This document shows positions 1 to 9,510 of a DNA stretch of 64,000 nucleotides, one piece after another. The position numbers and the translations under genes are program-made. Below the pieces are notes generated by a model. That model did no database searches and was not told the origin of the DNA. It worked only from the letters and a program-made list of their open reading frames with translations. The stretch lies in the IMG/VR virus record IMGVR_UViG_3300031993_000007. The stretch is one strand, 5' to 3'. Position 1 is the stretch's first letter. Each line of letters opens with the position of its first letter. This DNA is from a virus. Lineage: Duplodnaviria; Caudoviricetes.

Positions 1-2
1 TA

Positions 3-362
3 GTGAACCGCTATATCAGACTTCATACTCCGTTCAATACAATGATGGCGGCTCATGAAGTCATGAAGCTTCATTACGACATGAAGGTTGGGTTTACTTG
101 TCTATCCAAGACGTTGCACGAGCTTCGCCACAAAGGTAAGGTATTCATCAATCTTAAGCAAGTCTGCGGAGACTTCATGGCCTTTGCCCAAGAGTACGCT
201 CAAGATATTGATCCTGAAACTGTTGAAAACCTTTCAAAGCTTGTCGAGTTAAGTAAGACAGATGCTCCTATCAATCCAGATCCTGATTTCTTAGCTGTGC
301 GAAGCCAGAGATTCTACGACCGAAATGATACTCCAAAACTTGAACTGGAGGCTGAAGAATGA
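3..362 (+). CDS. hypothetical protein, probably 5'-truncated by the window edge
   Basis: Open frame from the window start; its stop overlaps the start of the next ORF (ATGA). Confidence 0.6.
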   Translation: MNRYIRLHTPFNTMMAAHEVMKLHYDMKVGFTCLSKTLHELRHKGKVFINLKQVCGDFMAFAQEYAQDIDPETVENLSKLVELSKTDAPINPDPDFLAVRSQRFYDRNDTPKLELEAEE

Positions 363-1045
363 AACTCCCTACCGAAGCTATTAATGCCTTAAGTACTCCT
401 GAAGATACCGCCGAAACTACCAATGCCTATATTGTCACTAAGATTCCCTTGCCGGGATACGGAGTATTTTCCGAGAGCATCGAGTATCTGAAAGATGACC
501 AAAAGGCAAAAAATAAATACATCAAGTATTTGGAACGGCAAGCCAGAAGCTCTTACGAACTTCGTAACTACCTTTCTCTGCTTAGAGAAAATGTGGAAAT
601 GACTAAATGTACTCTTCTGAACGGTGTGAGCTCAGAAGATGCTAGGATCGAACTCCATCACTTTCCATTTACAATGTACGACATCGCTAGAATCATCCTT
701 GATGATGCTCTGCAAAAGGAAGACGACGTAACAAGTTTTCAGCTTGTTGCCCGAATCATAGCAGAACACTACCAAGGTAACGTTGGCTTGGTACCCTTGT
801 CTGTGACGGCTCATGAGCTTGTTCATGACGGAAAGCTGACAGTAAGCCTTAAAAGTGCAAATGGAAACTGGCAAGCCTTCGCTAAGAAGTATGCTCATGT
901 CCTTACTCCGGGTGACATAGAGAACCTGAAATTCCTTATTCAGACTTCTGCCACTCCAGAACTCCAGCATACCAATGCCAGAAAGCTTAGAGTCTTGAAG
1001 AGAAATATTCTTCCTATGGAAGAAAGACCTGACAAAGCAGAATAA
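359..1045 (+). CDS. conserved jumbo-phage protein with HNH-like (beta-beta-alpha-metal) motif
   Basis: IELHHFPFT...GLVPLSVTAHELVHDG spacing resembles HNH nuclease fingers; followed by a terminator. Confidence 0.5.
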   Translation: MKLPTEAINALSTPEDTAETTNAYIVTKIPLPGYGVFSESIEYLKDDQKAKNKYIKYLERQARSSYELRNYLSLLRENVEMTKCTLLNGVSSEDARIELHHFPFTMYDIARIILDDALQKEDDVTSFQLVARIIAEHYQGNVGLVPLSVTAHELVHDGKLTVSLKSANGNWQAFAKKYAHVLTPGDIENLKFLIQTSATPELQHTNARKLRVLKRNILPMEERPDKAE

Positions 1046-1051
1046 AAATAA

Positions 1052-1071
1052 AGCCCTCCGTTTGGAGGGCT
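1052..1071. terminator. bidirectional intrinsic terminator
   Basis: agccctcc-gttt-ggagggct hairpin between convergent genes, flanked by A/T tracts. Confidence 0.75.
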
Positions 1072-1075
1072 AATT

Positions 1076-1546
1076 TTAGAAGTCGCCGTCTGCAACCTGA
1101 AGACAGGTATAACCTAGCTCTCGCCACTTCTTGACCATCGAGTTTCGATCTTCAAGAATAAGAGCTACTTCCGTATCCGGATTGCATTTTAGGTATTCAT
1201 TCAGCATTTCGGGCTTCACAATGGTATCATGACGTTTATCACCATCCTTTCGGAATAGGATCTCATGACACCTGCGGATATTCCCGAAGAGCTTTACATT
1301 TTCGTCGAGCCACTTGATGGTATCTTCTCGGCAAGACTCGCGCCTCCCTGTGCAGTAAACAATCTCGAAGTTGGTAGACAAGACTTCAACGACTTCAATA
1401 ATAGGCTTGATCGGCTCATCTTCGCCGCAAGCGTTATAGAAGCTGTCCCAGTCTGGTTTACACACGTCTAAATATTTTGCTGCACGATCGGAAGCATCAG
1501 AGAGTGTTCCATCGATATCCACAAGAACTATTCTGCGTTTAGCCAT
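1076..1546 (-). CDS. HAD-family phosphatase (T4 PseT 3'-phosphatase-like domain)
   Basis: Motif I VDIDGTL, motif II TGR, K of motif III, motif IV EDR, C-terminal LQVADGDF. Confidence 0.85.
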   Translation of the reverse strand: MAKRRIVLVDIDGTLSDASDRAAKYLDVCKPDWDSFYNACGEDEPIKPIIEVVEVLSTNFEIVYCTGRRESCREDTIKWLDENVKLFGNIRRCHEILFRKDGDKRHDTIVKPEMLNEYLKCNPDTEVALILEDRNSMVKKWRELGYTCLQVADGDF

Positions 1547-1847
1547 TTTTAATCTCCGTTTCTAGTTTAATTTCAACATTTCCACTTACAACTCTGACTT
1601 TCTTGTTAGAAGTCAAAAGGATTGTATTCTTTACATCTTTGGCTTCCTCAAAGGAATCGTAGTTAGCCGCAAGTAATGGGTTATCCGTAACCTGATCCTT
1701 AGCCCAGTGATACGGAGCATAGAATCCTTCCTTGCCGTCTTTACCTTCGATTAACACAAAGAACTTCGTTCCAAAAAATTTAATCATGACATCCGTCTTT
1801 CCATTAGATTTAGTCGTGACAGTTATTCTTTTGGGATCTTCAAACAT
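1539..1847 (-). CDS. hypothetical protein
   Basis: ORF with GAGG SD, overlapping the next gene in the operon. Confidence 0.6.
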   Translation of the reverse strand: MFEDPKRITVTTKSNGKTDVMIKFFGTKFFVLIEGKDGKEGFYAPYHWAKDQVTDNPLLAANYDSFEEAKDVKNTILLTSNKKVRVVSGNVEIKLETEIKNG

Positions 1848-1960
1848 GATCTACCTCTTATTTAAGAAAACATTTCCTCAACAAATAATATAAAAAAGAA
1901 AGAAGACGTCTGCACGGAATGCAGACGTCTAAAGAGAATGAGAGAGTACTATTTATTTTT

Positions 1961-2221
1961 TTATTTCTTGCTGATTAGTTCTTCAAGCTTGCTAACTATT
2001 TTGTCTAAAGTCTGAGTTTGCCAGTCCCAGCATTCAGAATCAGGAATTTCAATGTCAAATTCATCTTCAAGGGCCATCACGATTATGACTCCGTCTAGGG
2101 AATCAGCCCCGAGATCATTGTAAATATTGCTGTCGCCCTTGATCTGATCGACGCTCGTGCTCAACTTATCGGCGATGACTTCCTTTGTTCTCTTTTCGAT
2201 TTCTTCATGGCTGAAAGACAT
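1961..2221 (-). CDS. acpP: acyl carrier protein
   Basis: DLGADSLD phosphopantetheine site and MALEDEFDIEIPD; 86 aa, acidic. Confidence 0.93.
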   Translation of the reverse strand: MSFSHEEIEKRTKEVIADKLSTSVDQIKGDSNIYNDLGADSLDGVIIVMALEDEFDIEIPDSECWDWQTQTLDKIVSKLEELISKK

Positions 2222-2973
2222 TATTCTAATTCTCCGAGATAGGGGTTATGGTCTTCGTTAGACCAGTTGCAGTTGTAGTTTCCATTTGGATACAGTTTCG
2301 GAATGTGAGGCTCATCCATGATGTTAGTTACTCCTGGAACACAACGCTTCAGGCGAACGCCTTCATACATTGTATATTCATAAGAGTCAACACGTTCCCA
2401 ACTTAAAGTTTCCAAAAACTTTTGTACTTCTTGGTCTGGGCATACTTGCTCGAAGTTTGGTTTGAAGAACATCGTTACCGACCGACGAACAAAGTCCTTA
2501 GTATACTCAACGAAGTGCTCAAGCTTCTTCATGCTAAAGGTAGCATCTCCGCTTAGTTTAAGGTTGATTTTATCGGTAGATAGCTTTCGCCAGTAATCGA
2601 TCTCCTCGTCATTGTATACAGCGACTTGTACCCAGTCAAAGATGGGTAATATTTCCTTGACTACTTCTCGATTCCGTGCATTGGTAGAAATTACGGAGCG
2701 AAAGCCAGCTCCTGCAATCATCCCACAGATAAGAGCAAGACGATGGACTCCAATCAGTGTAGGTTCGCCGCCAAGCAGCAGAATCTCCATAGGGCCATTA
2801 TCATTCTGGTACTTAGGTGACACATGAGTGTGCTTCTCCAAAAGATGAATAAAGCTTTTTACTTTATCGAAGCTTACGATATCTTTTGAGGAACCACGAA
2901 AAGCATCTACACAGAACTTGCAGTTCATATTGCAAGAATGATTAACCACGATATCGGCGTGATCAATATTCAT
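2221..2973 (-). CDS. radical SAM protein
   Basis: CNMNCKFC (CX3CX2C), LLGGEPTL, ISTN; stop overlaps the ACP start (TAATG). Confidence 0.9.
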   Translation of the reverse strand: MNIDHADIVVNHSCNMNCKFCVDAFRGSSKDIVSFDKVKSFIHLLEKHTHVSPKYQNDNGPMEILLLGGEPTLIGVHRLALICGMIAGAGFRSVISTNARNREVVKEILPIFDWVQVAVYNDEEIDYWRKLSTDKINLKLSGDATFSMKKLEHFVEYTKDFVRRSVTMFFKPNFEQVCPDQEVQKFLETLSWERVDSYEYTMYEGVRLKRCVPGVTNIMDEPHIPKLYPNGNYNCNWSNEDHNPYLGELE

Positions 2974-3211
2974 ATGGCGATTTCTCCTTGAGTAGGTTGA
3001 AGCTAATTGGGATAATTTGTTGAGCGAGCACTTCGCATGAATCTTTGTGGCGGATACGAAGATCCAAAGAATGAGAATAAGACATTCCAGAAATTAGAGA
3101 GAAATGCGGGTAAACTGTGCTGGTTGTTTCTAGCTCTATTTGCTTCTTGAATTCTTCTTTAAATTCGTATCTAATATCTAAGGGATGGCCAATATATTTA
3201 GGATCTATCAT
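2963..3211 (-). CDS. hypothetical protein
   Basis: Overlapping ORF in the same operon. Confidence 0.55.
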   Translation of the reverse strand: MIDPKYIGHPLDIRYEFKEEFKKQIELETTSTVYPHFSLISGMSYSHSLDLRIRHKDSCEVLAQQIIPISFNLLKEKSPYEY

Positions 3212-3495
3212 ACCATACCTGCTGAGATAATCTGATTTGACGGATGGTAGAAAGGTTCAGTGTGATAATTATGGCCAGTCTTTTGGTAAAGTTCCTTAAC
3301 TAGCTCTCTAGCTTTTTCTTCTGTAAAGAACTTCGAATCTTTACGACTGTACTCTAGTCCAAAGATTTGGCCGAAGTAGCTAACATACTTGTAGCCATCC
3401 GTGGAAGAATCATCTATAATAATCCATGACTCAGGCCTTATCATCGGCCTCGAGATTAAACCGATTTTCATAAGAAGGGATTTGATGATGCCCAT
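3208..3495 (-). CDS. hypothetical protein
   Basis: GGAGG SD; first gene after the hairpin at ~3516-3535. Confidence 0.6.
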   Translation of the reverse strand: MGIIKSLLMKIGLISRPMIRPESWIIIDDSSTDGYKYVSYFGQIFGLEYSRKDSKFFTEEKARELVKELYQKTGHNYHTEPFYHPSNQIISAGMV

Positions 3496-3616
3496 ATTTC
3501 CTCCGAAATAAAATAGGCGTGCCTCTCGGCACGCCCGTGGTTTTAGGATTTGTCACTATTTATTAAATGCTTAATATTTGGATCCAACGCTCTTTCCTAA
3601 GATACGCAGGATGAGA

Positions 3617-4351
3617 TTAGTCTAGACCGCCCTTAAGGCTTACAGGAAGTCTGCTTCCATCTGTCACAAGGTCAGACTTCAGTCCGGCACCCATGAGGAA
3701 TACGTCAAACGTGTTGAGTGTACTCTTCTCAAAGACGCTGTCATTTGCCTGAATGTCTTTCAGACGAACATAACCATCACGAGCAATGGTATTGTACATC
3801 GCTCGCTTCTGGCCAGCATTGTCAGCTCTAGGCCCAAGGAACTCCTTCAGAGTGTTATCATTTCCTTCAAGCAGCAAGGCGTAAGTTTCCACGTCGGAGT
3901 TACGAGCCGTTTTAGATCCGCCCGTGACTTGGTTCGTGATGGCATTACGTTCCTTGATGTCAAAAGACATACCAGTCTTGTGGGATACCGTCTGTTGAAG
4001 ACGTTTGATCTGAATGTATCCAACCGGAACCTTGGTATACGACCGTACTGGCTTGCCATTAGCAGTTTCATCATGCCAGTACACATACTCTTCAAGGGGA
4101 ATTCCAAGAAATTTTGCAGCAGATTCAATGTCAGAAAACTCCGGCTCATTCTTGAACGGCAAGACTTCGATCCTGAAATTAGTGTCCGGATCCTTTAGGA
4201 ATTTTGTCATGTAATCGCTAAAGGCCTTGTCGCTCATCTTGCGAAATTGGTCTCTGTATTTCTTGGTGTTCGCCCCAGTCTTGTCTAGACGGTCTAGAAC
4301 ACCATAAATCAGGTCTTCCATCTTTTTACGAGTCGAAGCATTAATAGGCAT
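3617..4351 (-). CDS. RNA polymerase beta subunit, C-terminal fragment (probably virion RNAP)
   Basis: VPVGYIQIKRLQQ...QVTGGSK.AR.SDVETYALL...TLKEFLGPRAD aligns with RpoB C-terminal VTVGYMY.LKL...QPLGGKAQ..GQRFGEME..AL...L.E.L..KSDD. Confidence 0.85.
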   Translation of the reverse strand: MPINASTRKKMEDLIYGVLDRLDKTGANTKKYRDQFRKMSDKAFSDYMTKFLKDPDTNFRIEVLPFKNEPEFSDIESAAKFLGIPLEEYVYWHDETANGKPVRSYTKVPVGYIQIKRLQQTVSHKTGMSFDIKERNAITNQVTGGSKTARNSDVETYALLLEGNDNTLKEFLGPRADNAGQKRAMYNTIARDGYVRLKDIQANDSVFEKSTLNTFDVFLMGAGLKSDLVTDGSRLPVSLKGGLD

Positions 4352-4368
4352 AGATCTTCCTTTGTTAA

Positions 4369-5289
4369 TTAGGAGTTGAGAAGCGCCCGTTTGACATCAG
4401 AGATTGCAGATTGATCTGGCGCATCTAGCGCAAGAATTTCGCTTAGCATTACAGCATTGCTCTTAAGCGAAGTAATCAGCTTATTGTGATAGTCAATCTT
4501 TATATTTACAATATTCTCAGGAAATACGGAACCGTAGCTTTCGTACATAATTTCGAGAGTCACAACAAACTCAAATAACATTTTGCGTTTGTCTGGGCTA
4601 TCTATGTAATGAAACATGCTGTTGATCATTTCTGGATGGTACAAGTACACCTCTCCAGACTTTGTCTTCAAGAGTTTTTCGTCAAAGACCTCATTAAAGA
4701 ATTTGATAATGAAGTCCTTGTAGTTCTTCGCCTTCCAGTTGCCGCTAAGCTTCTTGGTGATGCAAACCAGAATACTATCTTTGGCTGTCGTATAACCCTT
4801 GATTCCAAGGAGTTTGCACAACAACATTAGAGCCATAAGGATCTGCACATTTTGATTATTATACTTTGAAGATTCAGCTTTTGGATCTCCGAAGAATCTC
4901 GATATGACACTAAAGAAAATGTTTGTGACCGATCCAGCTCCGTCTGGGGTAATGGCGTATGGTTTGAAGTGGTCATCCAGCTCTAAGCCAATCGGCAGAC
5001 CTTTGAAATTAAAATTACTTCCGTCTGGCTTGAATATGTCTCTCATAAATTCATCATTAGGACAAGACAGATCCACCTTGTTAAGAACTACAGAAGTGAA
5101 ATCGCACTCGTTCAAGGGAATTGCTACAAATCCCCTGATAGACTTGTGCATCTGATCCATTCCAAGAGAGAATATTGACACACTCTTCAGAACTCGATCT
5201 ATAGGCAAGATATTAAACTCAGGTTCATTTCCATCTAGGCTTAGCTTGAGCAGCCTAAATGCTGTTCGATAGTGCGTAAAGATTTCCAT
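4369..5289 (-). CDS. hypothetical protein
   Basis: 306-aa ORF in an operon with the RNAP fragment. Confidence 0.65.
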   Translation of the reverse strand: MEIFTHYRTAFRLLKLSLDGNEPEFNILPIDRVLKSVSIFSLGMDQMHKSIRGFVAIPLNECDFTSVVLNKVDLSCPNDEFMRDIFKPDGSNFNFKGLPIGLELDDHFKPYAITPDGAGSVTNIFFSVISRFFGDPKAESSKYNNQNVQILMALMLLCKLLGIKGYTTAKDSILVCITKKLSGNWKAKNYKDFIIKFFNEVFDEKLLKTKSGEVYLYHPEMINSMFHYIDSPDKRKMLFEFVVTLEIMYESYGSVFPENIVNIKIDYHNKLITSLKSNAVMLSEILALDAPDQSAISDVKRALLNS

Positions 5290-5585
5290 TATTTTGCTCC
5301 CAGGTCTGAATAGTATACAGCCTTAATATCTGTAAGGTTATCGTCAATATCGAATTCTAGCTGTCGATAGCCGCCAAGATGCTTCAAAATATTGATATCT
5401 TCTTGGTTAGCATTGAGTTTAAATTCTTTAGATACCGACTTCATCTTTATGCGGTAGTCCTCGTTGTTATCAAGAATTATAAGGTTATCATTCGCCTTAG
5501 GGCTAACAAATAAATATCTCAAGTCGGGATTTATCCAAACATCATTTCCGATTATAAACTTGATCGTTCCAACAGTGCGAAACAT
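5289..5585 (-). CDS. hypothetical protein
   Basis: GGAG SD; TAATG overlap with the next gene. Confidence 0.6.
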   Translation of the reverse strand: MFRTVGTIKFIIGNDVWINPDLRYLFVSPKANDNLIILDNNEDYRIKMKSVSKEFKLNANQEDINILKHLGGYRQLEFDIDDNLTDIKAVYYSDLGAK

Positions 5586-5623
5586 AAAACTCCAATCGGG
5601 ATACCGAAGTATCCCGAGTTAAA

Positions 5624-6169
5624 TTAAGACAGATTTATCTTCTTCTCGCCATATTCAAACATATAGCTCGAAGCTGTGGCCATTACTGTTGCAAAGTCCA
5701 TAATCCATTTCCAGAGCTGCGAATCAAACCCAAAGGTGATATCTCTATCCGGAACATAGATTTTTGCAGTATTTAGCCTATCGTGCTTGTTGTACTGGTG
5801 AGGATTGACAATCAGCACAAAATCAGCAAAATCAAAACGAAGCTCAAGAACATCCTTCGGAAATTCTGGAATCTTGGCATAATCTGAAACCACTCGGAAG
5901 AATGCCTTAGCCTGAACAGGATCAAGTATCATGGTATGATACCTATTTTTGATTTTATCAAAGATGAAGATTCCTTCATGAAAATCAAATTTAATGTATC
6001 CTTCAAGATCCGGATTTTCGTCTAAGATGTCTGCTCGATAGTTAAGATTCTCTATAACTTCAATCTTAGCTGTAGCCGGATCGCAAACTCTGGAGTACGA
6101 CCCTTGAGGATCGGCATCTGTGTGCTCAAAAGCCCCAAAGGGCAAGATGTATTGAGTGATTGCTGACAT
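5624..6169 (-). CDS. hypothetical protein
   Basis: 181-aa ORF with AGGA SD. Confidence 0.6.
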   Translation of the reverse strand: MSAITQYILPFGAFEHTDADPQGSYSRVCDPATAKIEVIENLNYRADILDENPDLEGYIKFDFHEGIFIFDKIKNRYHTMILDPVQAKAFFRVVSDYAKIPEFPKDVLELRFDFADFVLIVNPHQYNKHDRLNTAKIYVPDRDITFGFDSQLWKWIMDFATVMATASSYMFEYGEKKINLS

Positions 6170-6247
6170 GATGGTAAGTCCTTTTGATGATTAAGAAATT
6201 GTTGAATTATGATTACAATTCCTTGTTCAATCTATCTAAACTTCCAC

Positions 6248-6454
6248 TTATTCTACAACGACGAAGTTGCCATTTTCCGGCTGTAACCTTAGTCCACCCC
6301 AAGATCCGCTAAGCTGGCACAAGTCATCCACATGATCGCAAACTCCAGTCTTTCCACTGTACTTAGGTTCTCCTTTCATTTCGATGATCTTAATGGTCTT
6401 ACCAAGATATTTGTCCTTGGTACTTTGGATTTCTGCTTCAGTTGGTATTTTCAT
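6248..6454 (-). CDS. small DUF4314-like protein
   Basis: G.TG.V.HVDD..Q...SWG pattern; start chosen at the ATG with GAGG SD downstream of a TATATTA motif. Confidence 0.55.
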   Translation of the reverse strand: MKIPTEAEIQSTKDKYLGKTIKIIEMKGEPKYSGKTGVCDHVDDLCQLSGSWGGLRLQPENGNFVVVE

Positions 6455-6531
6455 AGTTTCCTCTTTGGTTAGACACAATTTAATATAGCGCATATATTTT
6501 AAAAGGAGAATAATACCAATAAGAGGAAAAT

Positions 6532-8037
6532 ATGCCAACAACTATTTCTGATCTATTCGATTTAATCATAAACAACGGACTCGGCAACGACGGATGCGAC
6601 CTTAATCTTTATATCTTCAAATCTAAGGAATTGGCATCGTTTGGTCGCCATCCATGCTATCAATTAAAAGGCAAACTTATTCCTAAAGAATTTTCTGACG
6701 AATACAAGACTATTATTGTATTCGATAACGACTACAAATATAAACATAAGGACGAACTTCCGTGTTCTATTGACTTTTTCGGGTATGAAGCCTTCCGAGA
6801 GTTCCTGTTTAAGTACAAACCGGAAAATATGCCCATTGAAGAATTTTTAGATCCTATCATCCGGTCTGGATACAAAGATATCATTGACTTCGACTATGTA
6901 GGACTGACTTATGTGATGGTATCAGATTCAAAGGCCTTCAACGACCCGGATCTGGAAGAGACTATAAAGAAGAAGACCGAAGAATACTTCCAAAAGGAAA
7001 ACCCAGATCAAATTCTGCTAGAAATGTTTGGCTATAATAAATTTAAGGATCCAAAGGTTGAGCAAAATCATAGATCTCATCACAAGTTTGTTGACCGCTA
7101 TGCAGAAGTCAGTTTCATAGGCATGACTTATAAGCTCTTCGTGCACAACCAGTATATAGAAGATCCTAGAAGTCTAATAAATATCTTTATGTTTGACAAA
7201 ATGTCAGAAGAGCTTGGTTCTATTAATGATCAGCATGTGGGTCGATTCATCTTGCCGTTTAGAATTAAGCTTCGTCTTGAAAAAGATATCAAAAGCAGCT
7301 GTCCTCCATTCTCTAAGGAATTGGAGGTTGATACCATATACAAAGACGGCGTTCCGATGGACTCCAAAGCTATTCCAAAGATATACAGACTGAGTATGGA
7401 CTTCTTGAAGTACCACGATAAACTAGAAGTTACACAACGCCTGAAATCTTATAGGAGGGGTGCTTATGAACAAGCTGAAAATTTCCTTCAGATTCGTCAG
7501 GACTGTAGCCACCTAAATCTGATTGAAAAGAGGATCCGTGAAGCTGTCAAGGGAGATTCAAACCTTACTAACGAGGCATGGCTATCTCTGATTATTCGGT
7601 GTGCTATGTTCCTCGACAATGGTCTGTCTCTTCACAAAGATGGCATCAATGAATCATTCTTGAGCTCTCCTTCTAAAGAGCTAGATATCTCTAAAGATAG
7701 CGGATTTGGCAAAGATTTCCGCCTACATCTTTTCGGCGCTGGAGATAGCAAAATGCTGCTTTCTCCGAATTCGATTATTGAAAAGCTTAGCAGCGATCTT
7801 GAAGATCTAAAGACCTGGACAGAAGGGTTTAAAGAAATCGTACATTTCATGAAGACTTGTTTCTCTGAAGAAGAAATGAATATCGACTTGACTATGGAAG
7901 ATTTTGTAATCAAAGTCCTTGGTCGAACCGTTCCTACGGATCCGTTGTCAGTAATCAATTCCATCAATAGAGTAGAAAACCATGAATTATGCTCTTATCT
8001 TAAACCAGCTGCAAAGATTGCTAGAGAGCTACTGTAA
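6532..8037 (+). CDS. hypothetical protein
   Basis: 501-aa ORF with GAGG SD; terminator at ~8048-8072. Confidence 0.7.
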   Translation: MPTTISDLFDLIINNGLGNDGCDLNLYIFKSKELASFGRHPCYQLKGKLIPKEFSDEYKTIIVFDNDYKYKHKDELPCSIDFFGYEAFREFLFKYKPENMPIEEFLDPIIRSGYKDIIDFDYVGLTYVMVSDSKAFNDPDLEETIKKKTEEYFQKENPDQILLEMFGYNKFKDPKVEQNHRSHHKFVDRYAEVSFIGMTYKLFVHNQYIEDPRSLINIFMFDKMSEELGSINDQHVGRFILPFRIKLRLEKDIKSSCPPFSKELEVDTIYKDGVPMDSKAIPKIYRLSMDFLKYHDKLEVTQRLKSYRRGAYEQAENFLQIRQDCSHLNLIEKRIREAVKGDSNLTNEAWLSLIIRCAMFLDNGLSLHKDGINESFLSSPSKELDISKDSGFGKDFRLHLFGAGDSKMLLSPNSIIEKLSSDLEDLKTWTEGFKEIVHFMKTCFSEEEMNIDLTMEDFVIKVLGRTVPTDPLSVINSINRVENHELCSYLKPAAKIARELL

Positions 8038-8109
8038 TTTAAAAAAGGAAGCCAGCGATGGCTTCTTTTTTATTATCGAACAGATAATTGCACCTAACCA
8101 AGGAAACCT

Positions 8110-8538
8110 ATGTTTAAACGATTTAAAGAATGGCTCCAAGCCAGAAAAGAACGGAAGATCCAGAGGGGTATCGATAATTATGCTCATCAGTACGTCCTCA
8201 AGAACGGATACAATCAGGATCGTGACCTAACCCTGCTCGTAGACATTACAGCTAGGGTCTCAGACAAGTATGTCAAGGAAGTCAAGGCAGTCTATGAAGA
8301 GCTCCACAAGGGGGCCATTGTCCGTGGCGAGAGTGACTTCCAAGAAGACATGGTAACACTGGTCACCAATATTCTTGGAATGGTCAGCAGAGAATACATG
8401 GCCTTACTGATGATCTACTTCGGGAACATAGAAAATCTTACCTCATATGTTCATCTTTTGCTGTTCGCTGTGGAAGAAAGTGTCATTAAACTTAATAAAC
8501 AGAAGATTCGTGAGATCCGTGGAAAAATCGAAGTATAA
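8110..8538 (+). CDS. hypothetical protein
   Basis: ORF preceded by AAC-AGATA-ATTG promoter motif and AGGA SD; followed by two hairpins. Confidence 0.65.
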   Translation: MFKRFKEWLQARKERKIQRGIDNYAHQYVLKNGYNQDRDLTLLVDITARVSDKYVKEVKAVYEELHKGAIVRGESDFQEDMVTLVTNILGMVSREYMALLMIYFGNIENLTSYVHLLLFAVEESVIKLNKQKIREIRGKIEV

Positions 8539-8626
8539 ACAAATTTCCCTAACCACTTGGTTAGGGAAAATAATCCTCTTGGCCGAAACCAAGAGGATTA
8601 TTCAACTTAATCATCAGAAGGAGTAT

Positions 8627-8686
8627 ATGGAACAACAATACGAGAAAGATAAAGCGAAGATAGCGCCATACTTCGCTCAATTTTAA
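8627..8686 (+). CDS. possible 19-aa small ORF (MEQQYEKDKAKIAPYFAQF)
   Basis: Strong AAGGAG SD 3 nt before the ATG; fills the intergenic gap. Confidence 0.3.
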   Translation: MEQQYEKDKAKIAPYFAQF

Positions 8687-8687
8687 G

Positions 8688-9509
8688 TTAGGCCGCTCTA
8701 GACTTATCAATCAAGAGATTTCCAAACGGAATCACAATATCCACTAGATTTTCTGTTGGATCCAATAGATCCTCCCAAGCCGGATCATCAAATGGCAAAT
8801 CCAATCGTACCCGACTAAACTTGCTTGGAGTTCCGGTCAGAGTCATAAGTCCAGTTCGAAGACTTCTGTACATATCTTGAGGAGCAGTATGCTCTATCAA
8901 TTCTGTACGGAACTTCTGAACCTTCTTCAGAATATCCAGAGGATCTGTTCCAACCTCCAATAATCTGAGCCATTCTAGAAGTTTCTTTCCAACTCCGACG
9001 GAGCTGTACTCCCTGCCATGCTCACCAATTCCTCGAATGGTAAGATCCTTTCCTCCCTTGTTTAGGAAGATCTGGATACGGTTTACCACCGCCAGTGCAG
9101 AGAATTCTCCGTCACATCTAAATTTGATAGATCCCATTTCCAAGACAGGCTTCTTGACTCTATCTTCGATAACCGTAATGGCGTCATTGTTGATTGAAAT
9201 CAGAGTATCATCTTCGACTCCGTTCAGTCTCATAAATTCTGCCATAGTCGATCGAATCTTACTGGTGAGTAATTTACTCCAGTCAGCATCTAAAGCTCTA
9301 ATCTTGCCAACAATGATGTTTCTCTCTTCCTTTTCCATATCCTCAAGTCTGCGGATATCTGATTTAGAGAGAAGCCCGTATTCACGGATCACGGACAATC
9401 CTGCACTTCGCATATCGTATTCACGAATTACACGATTGCCCAGTCCGTAAACAAGGTTCAAATCTGGATGTTGAAAAGTGGCCTTCATGGCCAAATCATT
9501 GGAAATCAT
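8688..9509 (-). CDS. small divergent family-B DNA polymerase-like protein (palm only)
   Basis: IREYDMRSAGLS resembles PolB motif A (DxxSxY/G) and ISINNDAI resembles motif C; no exonuclease domain; 273 aa. Confidence 0.55.
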   Translation of the reverse strand: MISNDLAMKATFQHPDLNLVYGLGNRVIREYDMRSAGLSVIREYGLLSKSDIRRLEDMEKEERNIIVGKIRALDADWSKLLTSKIRSTMAEFMRLNGVEDDTLISINNDAITVIEDRVKKPVLEMGSIKFRCDGEFSALAVVNRIQIFLNKGGKDLTIRGIGEHGREYSSVGVGKKLLEWLRLLEVGTDPLDILKKVQKFRTELIEHTAPQDMYRSLRTGLMTLTGTPSKFSRVRLDLPFDDPAWEDLLDPTENLVDIVIPFGNLLIDKSRAA

Positions 9510-9510
9510 A

